Assembly: GCA_964564925.1 (NCBI GenBank)
Contig: CAZMBY010000001.1
Coordinates: 37,929-101,928 of the forward strand
Reading direction: 5' to 3'
Origin: an uncultured Methanosarcinales archaeon
GTDB lineage: Archaea; Nanobdellota; Nanobdellia; Woesearchaeales; GW2011-AR4
Length of the DNA stretch: 64,000 bases
The position numbers and the translations under genes were made by a program. The notes beneath the pieces were generated by a model, which was not told the DNA's origin, did not search any database, and saw only the letters and a program-made list of their open reading frames with translations. Shown piece after piece: positions 55,915 through 64,000 of the stretch (within the stretch, counting starts at the first letter, position 1; each line of letters begins with the position of its first letter).

Positions 55915-57471
55915 TTACAATTGACCGCTCAAGAATTTCTTGTACGCTTCAATAGCTTCCTTGCTTTTTGTCGCCTTTCCGTATGGCCCTCCTGAATCAA
56001 TTGGCTCCTGCCAGGCAAAGATATTGACAAGCGAAGCGCCATGCGAAAAAAAGTTTGAGAGATACTGTTCCCACGATAGGCCAACTGCTCCACTCCCAAC
56101 GGCAGTGTTCGTCCCTTCTGCCATTGCCCAGTGCGGATTACCCTGCCTTTCCAGCTCGTTGTAGATATTTGCAAAAGTCGCTTCAGTACCATTTACTTTC
56201 AAAATATTAGGATAAACACTAAACCCGGCCCGGGCGTTTGCAGTAAAGCCAACTGAAGGCACAGCATGCCCAACCATAGCTGAATATGAAAAATTAGTAA
56301 TATCTGTTTGCTTTTTAATCTGATCGATAAAGGAGGGAGTAAACAATTCTCTTGGAGGGAAGGCAATGTGGCTGTAAATCCTATCCTTTGGAATACCTGA
56401 TAAAAATAAACTATTCGTCCATAAATCAATCCAATTATTGAGAACTTCTTCCAATGCCTTGTCGAAATCAGCAGGCGGGTTTGAGGCGCTGTATCCTGAG
56501 TTTGTTAGCGAACAGTAGCCTATCCTCTTTTTCACAATTTTCAGATTATTCGCTGCATCGTCATTCTTTCCAATATAGCTCGGGTCAGGAAGATGAGTCT
56601 CCCAGCCGGCTATGACCCCGGCAAAAAGAGATTCCTTGTGTTTTGCTACAAGCCCATCTATTCCTTTTTTTATTTCTGCTCCGATGACATCCTTGGCAAT
56701 GCGCCTGATTTCTTGGCGAAGTGTCGGGCTTGAATAGCACATCTGAGGAGCAAGTTTTATATTAATCCAGCCAACAAAGCGCTGGGGATGAATCGTTCCA
56801 TCCCAATCAGTCCATTCCACATTTTGTGGATCGCTCCACAAATCCTTTCGGTTAATCCAAAACATCGAATCGTCAATGTGAAACGCAACTGCCACATTTT
56901 TCTCCTCGGCAATTTTGAATGATTCTCGAATCATAGTACGCAATTCCTCATCGGTGTGGTCAAGCGCCAAAGGCCCAATCGAAACTCCAAGCTGGCGCGT
57001 CTTTCCATCTCCGCGATTATTATTAACTGCCTTAAGAATATCATCAATATTATTTCTTATGTCTTTTCCATCAAAAGGCTGTGTTTTTCCTTCAGGGCTT
57101 GGCGCATATGTAAAAAGCTGGAAAATGAGATATTGTATTTCATCGCTTTTAATACTTGGAAATTGAGAGTTAGTTTGTGTAAAATTTTTATTGATATCGA
57201 TTTCTTTTTCGCTTTCAAGCATTTCAATTGCCTTGTCTAATACCGCTTCAGCTTCTTTATATTTTCCAGATTTCATCAGCGGATCAATTTCCTGAAGAAT
57301 CGCTGAAATTGGAGATGGATTTTTTCCTTCACTTACCCATTTTTCCATGCCTTTTTGTACTTGTTCTGCTTTTTTCGGAAAGCTTTCTGGAGGATGATTT
57401 GAAAAAATTAAAAAAGCAACCACAGAAATAATCAAAACTCCGATAACTATAAAAACAATTTTTGTTTTCAT
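55915..57471 (-). CDS. Membrane-anchored protein: helical module plus putative glycoside-hydrolase-like TIM-barrel domain
   Basis: TM; FHIDDS, PQMC, GWETH, WAMAEG and VNIFAW motifs shared with 60120-63560; fold is inferred. Confidence 0.55.
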   Translation of the reverse strand: MKTKIVFIVIGVLIISVVAFLIFSNHPPESFPKKAEQVQKGMEKWVSEGKNPSPISAILQEIDPLMKSGKYKEAEAVLDKAIEMLESEKEIDINKNFTQTNSQFPSIKSDEIQYLIFQLFTYAPSPEGKTQPFDGKDIRNNIDDILKAVNNNRGDGKTRQLGVSIGPLALDHTDEELRTMIRESFKIAEEKNVAVAFHIDDSMFWINRKDLWSDPQNVEWTDWDGTIHPQRFVGWINIKLAPQMCYSSPTLRQEIRRIAKDVIGAEIKKGIDGLVAKHKESLFAGVIAGWETHLPDPSYIGKNDDAANNLKIVKKRIGYCSLTNSGYSASNPPADFDKALEEVLNNWIDLWTNSLFLSGIPKDRIYSHIAFPPRELFTPSFIDQIKKQTDITNFSYSAMVGHAVPSVGFTANARAGFSVYPNILKVNGTEATFANIYNELERQGNPHWAMAEGTNTAVGSGAVGLSWEQYLSNFFSHGASLVNIFAWQEPIDSGGPYGKATKSKEAIEAYKKFLSGQL

Positions 57472-57478
57472 CAGGTTT

Positions 57479-58963
57479 TTATCGCACAATCACAGACACA
57501 GTCGTTTTCATCATATTTCCAGCGGCATCAAACGCCTTGGCTTTCAGCTTATATGCCTTGGCGACCTTCGGAGTCCATGTGCATTTGTATGGTGGAGCTG
57601 AAACGGTGCAAAGAAGTTCTGTATCAGCGAGGAATTCCACATGTGTAACTCCGATGTTATCCGATGCAGTTGCTTTGATGATAGTTGATATTCCTTTCTT
57701 AATGACGGCTTTATTCAACGGTTTGGTTATGGAGACGGAAGGAATCTGGTTGTCTGGTGGAAAATTATTACATAGAGGGAAATTGAAAGTTTTTCCTGTG
57801 GGAGGGATTGCAACGGCGATGGAGCCAACTGGATACCAATAAGCCGAACGTTTAGTGCCCGCAAAGTAAAGAAGCGGCTTACATGAAGATTCATCAAGGA
57901 AAAACGAAGGCGTCCCATGAAACCACGAGTCCCAATCCTGGCCGGATAGTCGAGTGATAGGAATAAACTGTGCATCCCATAAACTGTTTTTATCCCGCGA
58001 ACGGCCCTGGATTCCGAAGTATGTTTCCGCAGACCCACCGAAACCGTTTTGAAGTACTACGACTTGCATTTCGTCATACATTAACTTCGGAGTGTTTAAG
58101 TCGGCCGTGCCGACGGTATCCATCTGCTCGGTCCGAATGGGTGATGACTCTGGTAACTGATCTAATCTTGTTACAGGCGTGCTTTGAAATACTTTTGAAA
58201 AAACATCAAACCATAATCTTGTCTCGCCCAGACTAATCCATTGCAGGTCTGGTCGCGAATACCCAGTATGATTCGCATCACACGCGCTCAAACCATTTAG
58301 ATATTTATCATTTCGGAAGAGCAGATTATAATTCTTATCAAAGGAGGCAATGCCAATATTTCCGCAACTATCTCCATTTGGAATTTCCGGATGCCACTCG
58401 GCAGCGGTATAGAGAACCCACAAATTTTTTTCACCGGAAGTTGCAGAATCTTGCACAAATAGCGAGGGATCGTTCACCTGATGGATGATACCGGTAGGCC
58501 ATTGAGTCGAACTTGTCTCACATGCCTTGTGATCGGGCCGGAGAATGAATTTTTTGAATGTCCAATTAAGACCATCACTCGACTCTGCAAGCCCAATCGC
58601 ATCCTGTGAGCCAGGACCACATGGAATAACACCGGCACCGAACATCATGACATACTTGCCGTTGTACTTTACGACGCTTGGTGAATAGATAGTTACGATT
58701 CCCAGTTGAGTTCCCAATGGCTCTAATCCAGTAGTCGGAATATCTTCAATTCCAAAAATCTTCTTATATGTCCAATTTACATTTTTTAATTGATTGATGA
58801 TTGACTCTGTCGGTAGCGGAAGTTTATTAGCCCTTCCAACTAAATTGCGTGAGTTTTCAGAATAAATGAAACTCATTGAATCATCTTGAAAGTCATGAAA
58901 TGAGAAAAAAGTGAAAATTGTAGCTGAGAATAAAACCAGAAAAAGAGAAGTTAAATTTTTCAT
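57479..58963 (-). CDS. Exported five-bladed-propeller glycosidase-like protein (GH43/130-like) with C-terminal Ig-like domain
   Basis: YSPSVVKYNGKYVM, IGLAESSDGLNW, VNDPSL; PSVSITKP..ATASDNIGV..VEF..AKAFDAAGN. Confidence 0.65.
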   Translation of the reverse strand: MKNLTSLFLVLFSATIFTFFSFHDFQDDSMSFIYSENSRNLVGRANKLPLPTESIINQLKNVNWTYKKIFGIEDIPTTGLEPLGTQLGIVTIYSPSVVKYNGKYVMMFGAGVIPCGPGSQDAIGLAESSDGLNWTFKKFILRPDHKACETSSTQWPTGIIHQVNDPSLFVQDSATSGEKNLWVLYTAAEWHPEIPNGDSCGNIGIASFDKNYNLLFRNDKYLNGLSACDANHTGYSRPDLQWISLGETRLWFDVFSKVFQSTPVTRLDQLPESSPIRTEQMDTVGTADLNTPKLMYDEMQVVVLQNGFGGSAETYFGIQGRSRDKNSLWDAQFIPITRLSGQDWDSWFHGTPSFFLDESSCKPLLYFAGTKRSAYWYPVGSIAVAIPPTGKTFNFPLCNNFPPDNQIPSVSITKPLNKAVIKKGISTIIKATASDNIGVTHVEFLADTELLCTVSAPPYKCTWTPKVAKAYKLKAKAFDAAGNMMKTTVSVIVR

Positions 58964-59027
58964 TTCGTAAATTAATCCTTATACCCATTTAATAAATTTT
59001 TGGTTTCGTGTGGTTTTCCAAAAAAGA

Positions 59028-60107
59028 TTATTGGAGCATCTTTGCTCTCCACGGTCTTCTGCCGGCTCCATATGCGAACGGCAGGAGCACTCTTGGGTTG
59101 CTGCCGTCGGCATTCATTATCCATGTTTGAGCGCCGCTATTGTTCTTATAGGGGTTGGGGTTGCGATTGGATTCAAATATAATGCTCTTTCCGTCTGGGG
59201 ACCAGCTAGGATTATCACTATTAATATTAACCTGGGTCTCGAAGGTAATCTGTGTGCGGCCTGTGCCGTCGGCATTTATCACCCAAATATTCCCGTACTC
59301 TGTCTCGTACCCAGACCAAAAAGCAATCTTTTTTCCGTCCGGAGACCATGCCGGAGCATTGGCATCAGGAGCGGTAGGGTTTTCTGGAAACGTGAGCTGT
59401 GTCTGGTTCGTTCCGTCGGCATTCATCACCCATATCTCGGAGTTGCCGCTCTGGGTTGACGCGTAAGCTATTCTCTTTCCATCGGGGGAAAATGAAGAAT
59501 GGATGCTCCACCTTATGGGGCCATGAGTCCTCGTGAATGAACTCTTGGTAGTGGTCGTCAGCTGACGCTTATCAGTACCATCACTATTCATGACCACAAT
59601 TTCAGGATGGCCGCTTTGAATGGAAGCATACATGACCTTTGAACCATCAGGGGAGAATGCAGGCGAAATTCCACCATCAGGGGGAAACGTCAACTGCTTT
59701 TTATTTCTGCCATCTGCATCCATTGTCCATATCTGCGGATTTTCTCCTTGCTTCTGCATATAAACGATTCTGTTGCCATCATAAGACCAAGCAGGCAATC
59801 CGTTCATTCCTCCGTTCGTCAGATTGCGCCTACCGCTTCCATCAATCTGTATTACGAATATATCTGACGTACTACTATCACCGGGATCCGCAGAAAATGA
59901 ACCACTTCCCATGACTAACTCTCCAGAGGAGTATTGCAAATCTTTCAGTGAACTATTTTTTTCTGTTGGCTCGGGTCGCTGGGATATTGGGAACGTACCA
60001 GAACCAGGCGACATGGCTGGAGAATTCAAAAGCAATAAATACCCTGCGCCAAGAAGCATGAGAACTCCGATTACAATAAATACGATCTTCATGGAATTGG
60101 CTGCCAC
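59028..60107 (-). CDS. Membrane-anchored TolB-like (PD40) beta-propeller protein
   Basis: Five (W/F)S.DG repeats; N-terminal TM; GAGGAG RBS. Confidence 0.85.
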   Translation of the reverse strand: MAANSMKIVFIVIGVLMLLGAGYLLLLNSPAMSPGSGTFPISQRPEPTEKNSSLKDLQYSSGELVMGSGSFSADPGDSSTSDIFVIQIDGSGRRNLTNGGMNGLPAWSYDGNRIVYMQKQGENPQIWTMDADGRNKKQLTFPPDGGISPAFSPDGSKVMYASIQSGHPEIVVMNSDGTDKRQLTTTTKSSFTRTHGPIRWSIHSSFSPDGKRIAYASTQSGNSEIWVMNADGTNQTQLTFPENPTAPDANAPAWSPDGKKIAFWSGYETEYGNIWVINADGTGRTQITFETQVNINSDNPSWSPDGKSIIFESNRNPNPYKNNSGAQTWIMNADGSNPRVLLPFAYGAGRRPWRAKMLQ

Positions 60108-60119
60108 GCGGCATCTCCT

Positions 60120-63100
60120 CTACTCGGAAAGATTCTTGCCATTTAGGAATTTTTTATACGCCTTGATGGAATCTGGCCCTTCTGTCGCAATGCGGAAAGG
60201 ATCGTTCTTTGTTGCATTGCCGCCGATGCCCCATGCAAATATATTAACCAAAGTTGCTCCATGCCCGAACATCCTCGCAAGATAAGATTCCATGGAGCTT
60301 CGCTGATAATCCATATTTGTTCCCTCGGCCATAGCCCATGATGGATTGCCGCTGATGCCGAAAAGCTCATAGAGTTCATCAATCCCACCAGTAGAATACA
60401 AACTATAACCCGGATGCAGGTATTCGCTTATTACAACTTCCGGAGGTGCAGACCAAACCATTTGTGAATATGTTTCATTATATTTTAATTCACCTTTTGA
60501 TTTTTTATCATTATATGCGACTTTAGGAAAGAATGCCACATGGCCATAAACCTTTTCCTTTTGGACACCTCCTGCTATAAGGTTTTTTGCCCAAAGCTCG
60601 ATAAATTCATGGACGATTTTCTCTCGTTCCTTATCAAGATCAGGAGGTGGGTTTGTCTTGTTGAAGCCGCGATTAGTGAATCCACAATAACCGAGAACCT
60701 TGTCTTCGGCATCAAAATCCCTCCCCATACCAGTTTCCCATCCGGTAATGACTCCTGCAAGTAAATCCTGTTTCCCTTTTTTTGTAAGTCGATTAACACC
60801 ATCCGCTATTTCTTGGCCAATGACATCGCGCGCAAGCCGCTTCACTTCCTGCTTGACAGCTTTGCTGTTAAAACACATCTGAGGCCCGATTTTAACGGGT
60901 TGAGGGCCCCAAGCGAGTTTTAGCCCAGTGCTTGGCTTGCCATTCCAATTGCGCCATTCGACGTTTTGGGAGTTGCTCCAGAGGTCGCTCCTTCTAACCC
61001 AGAATTTAGAATCGTCAATATGAAAGCCGATAGATACATTTTTCTCGAGCGCAATAGCAAATGAATCCCTTATAATCTGCCTCATTTGCTCATCAGTCTG
61101 ATCGAGCGCTAAAGGCCCCATGATGAATCCAAGTTTTCTTTCATTGTTTCCTTTTGTGCCAATGGTGTCAATGACGTTTTGAATCATTCCAGCCATAGCG
61201 GTTTTTGATGGAGGGGCTTTCATGGGTGATTCACCGATAGGAACTGCTGGATCATGGTCGGAAGTGAAGATTTGAAAAGTAAGGTATTGGATTGCATTGC
61301 TAGTAGGAGGAGCAACATCTTTGGGTATCCACTTAGGAGCGTTCGCTTGCGCTTTGATTCTGGTTGGAATTTGCTTCGCCCCGTCCAAACTAACCACTGA
61401 TGCGAATGCGCCTTGGTCAGTAATTTCCGTGAAGAGCGCATCACTACCATTTAGGTTCGGAGCTATTGTAAGAAATGCGGGTTTTGTAAGACGGCGTAGT
61501 CCTGTGGTATCAATATTGATGATCCAGAGATTATTTTTATACGGGCCGGTTCCGGGAATCGTACTCGGCTGGTCGGAATTCCAGCGGCTGAATACGACTC
61601 TCTGATTGTCAGATGAGACCTCTGGATCATGGACGCTTGCGACTCCAAGAGGGCCTGCGTTGTCGATGACCATTCGAGGATTAGTACCATCGGAATTCAT
61701 AACCCACAGCTGGTCATAATTCTTGCCCGCAGGAACCCGAAGAAATGCAACCAAGCTGCCATCTTCAGAGACGCCAGGGTCTCCTTCGCGCGAGTTAGGT
61801 GTATCGGTAAGTTGGGTCAGGCCGGTGCCATCGTATTTAATCTTGTAGAGTTCAATAGCATAGGCATCGTCCGGGCTCAGATCGCGAGATCCAGCAAAGT
61901 ATATGAAGCCATGCTGATCAAAACCAACCCCGCCATCTCCTGCAGCGGCGAACTCCGGTACAAGCTGCGCTTCTGTCCCCTTTTCAAGGTCAAAAAGGAA
62001 CATCCGAGCGAGACCGGCATCGTTGCCAAGCAGAGGACGGGGATGGTCATCTATAACCACATATCGGTGATCATATGAGACGGCAACATGCTCAATATTC
62101 CTCGGATTTTCAAAAGTGATTTGAGCTAAATTTCCCCCACTTCTATTCATAGTATAGATAAGACCATTAGAGTGGTACACGATATCAGCATTATCCGGAA
62201 TTTTGCCGAGTTTGACTGGTGTGGGGAGGGAAATACTAATTTCAACAGTATTTTTTACCGGCTGCCATGAAAGCCCGTCAATAGTCCCTTTTGCCCTGAA
62301 AAGAAGCCGTTTATCTGAGCCGTTTGGGCCAACGGCTACAACAGAAATTGCATCTCCAGGCTCCAAGCCACAACTGCGTTCAACAGGATCCCCCTTTTCA
62401 TCAGCGCAGCCAGAATGAATGATTGTGCTTCCATCAGGGGACCATTTAGGGTCATCGCCTGTGCCAAGTTTTCTTTGGTTGCTGCCGTCAGCGTTCATAA
62501 TCCAGACATCGCGTGGCAGGCCACGCCTGGGATCAGTGGCTTCAACGCCAGCCCAATACGCTATGTATTTGCCGTCAGGAGACCACGCAGGAACCTTCTG
62601 TTCAATATCTGCTTGCAGTTTTTCGTCGTAGTATGCCCTCGTGAGAAGCTTTGGATTCTTTCCCTTTGCATTCATAACCCAAATCTGATACCTGCCACCA
62701 TCCCGATTTGAGGTGAAAGCAATTTTTGTTCCATCTGGAGACCAAGTCGGAATATTGTCATCAAAGGGCCCTAGCGTAATCTGCCGACGGTTTGAGCCAT
62801 TTGAATTCATTACCCAGATTTTTAGGGCTTGAGATCCGGTATTGCTTGAATAGGCGATTTTCTGGCCATCAGGGGACCACGAAGGCGCCAGAGCACCGAC
62901 ACCAGCAAGTGTCTCAGTTAACTGTTTCTTATTATCGCCATTAGAGTCCATGACCCAAATTTGCATACCTCCGGATTGACGTGAAACGTAAGCAATTTTT
63001 TTGCCATCAGGAGACCATGCAGGCATCCAACTATGGTTATTGTCACTTGTCAGCTGTTTCCAACTTGACCCATTAGAGGTAACACTAAATATCTGAACTT

Positions 63101-63560
63101 GACCTTGCGCATCTTTATCTGCTATTGTTATCAGCCCGTTCGAGTTTTTTGATGCCTGATTAACATTCAAAACTCCAAGGCTATTTGATTGCTGGCAACA
63201 TTTGCTTGATGAATCAGCAAAAGTGCTGCAGCGGACAGTTCCTCCCGTATTTCCTGCTGTGCAGTCAAAATTGGCTTTTGTTCCATTAAATCCGATAAAT
63301 TTGCATGTTCCTGAAGGTATTTCTGGAGAAATGCAATCCACAACCTTGCCAAAATTGCATGATATAGTATACTTTTCACCGTTTGATACATGCGAGGCAT
63401 TCATACTTCCGCCAATGTAAGACAGGGATTTGCATTTGGCAGCTGAGCTGGCTTTTCCTGACAAGTCACTGTTTTCTGTTAGTAAGCTGCATCCAATCAA
63501 AGCAAGAGAAAATGAAACTAAAAAAAGAAATATTTTTGATCTCTTCATTTGAAATCTCAT
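60120..63560 (-). CDS. Multidomain exported protein: Cys-rich domain, two TolB-like propellers, putative GH-like domain
   Basis: Signal/TM; Cys-rich segment; WSPDG repeats; C-terminal 390 aa homologous to 55915-57471. Confidence 0.75.
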   Translation of the reverse strand: MRFQMKRSKIFLFLVSFSLALIGCSLLTENSDLSGKASSAAKCKSLSYIGGSMNASHVSNGEKYTISCNFGKVVDCISPEIPSGTCKFIGFNGTKANFDCTAGNTGGTVRCSTFADSSSKCCQQSNSLGVLNVNQASKNSNGLITIADKDAQGQVQIFSVTSNGSSWKQLTSDNNHSWMPAWSPDGKKIAYVSRQSGGMQIWVMDSNGDNKKQLTETLAGVGALAPSWSPDGQKIAYSSNTGSQALKIWVMNSNGSNRRQITLGPFDDNIPTWSPDGTKIAFTSNRDGGRYQIWVMNAKGKNPKLLTRAYYDEKLQADIEQKVPAWSPDGKYIAYWAGVEATDPRRGLPRDVWIMNADGSNQRKLGTGDDPKWSPDGSTIIHSGCADEKGDPVERSCGLEPGDAISVVAVGPNGSDKRLLFRAKGTIDGLSWQPVKNTVEISISLPTPVKLGKIPDNADIVYHSNGLIYTMNRSGGNLAQITFENPRNIEHVAVSYDHRYVVIDDHPRPLLGNDAGLARMFLFDLEKGTEAQLVPEFAAAGDGGVGFDQHGFIYFAGSRDLSPDDAYAIELYKIKYDGTGLTQLTDTPNSREGDPGVSEDGSLVAFLRVPAGKNYDQLWVMNSDGTNPRMVIDNAGPLGVASVHDPEVSSDNQRVVFSRWNSDQPSTIPGTGPYKNNLWIINIDTTGLRRLTKPAFLTIAPNLNGSDALFTEITDQGAFASVVSLDGAKQIPTRIKAQANAPKWIPKDVAPPTSNAIQYLTFQIFTSDHDPAVPIGESPMKAPPSKTAMAGMIQNVIDTIGTKGNNERKLGFIMGPLALDQTDEQMRQIIRDSFAIALEKNVSIGFHIDDSKFWVRRSDLWSNSQNVEWRNWNGKPSTGLKLAWGPQPVKIGPQMCFNSKAVKQEVKRLARDVIGQEIADGVNRLTKKGKQDLLAGVITGWETGMGRDFDAEDKVLGYCGFTNRGFNKTNPPPDLDKEREKIVHEFIELWAKNLIAGGVQKEKVYGHVAFFPKVAYNDKKSKGELKYNETYSQMVWSAPPEVVISEYLHPGYSLYSTGGIDELYELFGISGNPSWAMAEGTNMDYQRSSMESYLARMFGHGATLVNIFAWGIGGNATKNDPFRIATEGPDSIKAYKKFLNGKNLSE

Positions 63561-63706
63561 TTTTCTTTATCTGAGTAGCAGATTAATATAGTTTTGGTTT
63601 TTATTTTTACTTTAATGTTTATGTTAAACGGCAGAAATAGAGGCAAGGAACATCAATCTATTTTATTGTGGCAATATTTAAATATTGTATATAGTTAGCA
63701 ACTTCC

Positions 63707-64000
63707 ATGTTTATGCTAATAAAACTTGTAGATAGGTACATAGGGGGCTTTATCTGTAATTTTCTTGGATTTTTCAATAGGAAGAAGCAGATTGAAGGGA
63801 TGGAATTTGGCAAGATACTGGTTGTGCAGCTTTGGGGAATTGGGGAAACAATCCTGACTTTGCCGGCCATTGAAGCCCTGAGGAAGAAGTATCCCAAAGC
63901 AGAGATAAATGTGCTTGCAACTTCAAGAAACAAAGATGTTTTCTTTAAAAATGGAAACTTGGATAAGATTGTGGAAATGAAAGTGAATCCATTCTCTGTA
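63707..64000 (+). CDS. GT9 (heptosyltransferase-like) glycosyltransferase, truncated by the window end
   Basis: Manual translation MFMLIKLVDRYIG..KILVVQLWGIGETILTLPAIEALRKKYPKAEI; absent from the ORF track because no stop lies in the window. Confidence 0.85.
   Translation, partial: MFMLIKLVDRYIGGFICNFLGFFNRKKQIEGMEFGKILVVQLWGIGETILTLPAIEALRKKYPKAEINVLATSRNKDVFFKNGNLDKIVEMKVNPFSV

Noticed and set aside
54627..63560. Tol-Pal system or bacterial contamination
   Set aside because: No TolA/Q/R/Pal and no TolB N-domain; flanks are archaeal and the leaders resemble host proteins, though chimerism needs a read check

Overview
AT-rich archaeal genomic window. The AglB, EppA-type class III signal peptides, BRE/TATA promoters, BHB-type tRNA introns and KaiC-like ATPases suggest a DPANN/Woesearchaeota-like organism (inference). 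The window is devoted mostly to the cell surface. It contains: (1) a tandem-HTH gene coupled to a 3871-aa repeat-rich adhesin, a small paralogue sharing a near-identical 398-bp 3' block, and two membrane-anchored Ig-fold proteins, together a candidate non-type-IV fimbrial (WxL/Csc-like) system interrupted by a HEPN-MNT module flanked by copies of the adhesin's 3' end; (2) a Lon-type protease, a PLD and a methylation/SAH-recycling cluster (pfkB-like, TylF, Lrp, ahcY); (3) a KaiC-like signalling trio next to a type IV pilus locus that lacks a prepilin peptidase in this window; (4) PGF-pre-PGF and S-layer-like surface proteins; (5) a tRNA-Trp(CCA) that appears to carry two introns (37/38 and non-canonical 45/46), one containing a dispersed mini-repeat; (6) an N-glycosylation cluster (GGR, aglB, GT2, DUF2304, GT9) split by a compositionally distinct five-gene island of mix-and-match TolB-like propellers and an unassigned putative glycoside hydrolase domain. 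No CRISPR array, rRNA, integrase, transposase or reverse transcriptase was seen. All calls are by eye and unverified by search.
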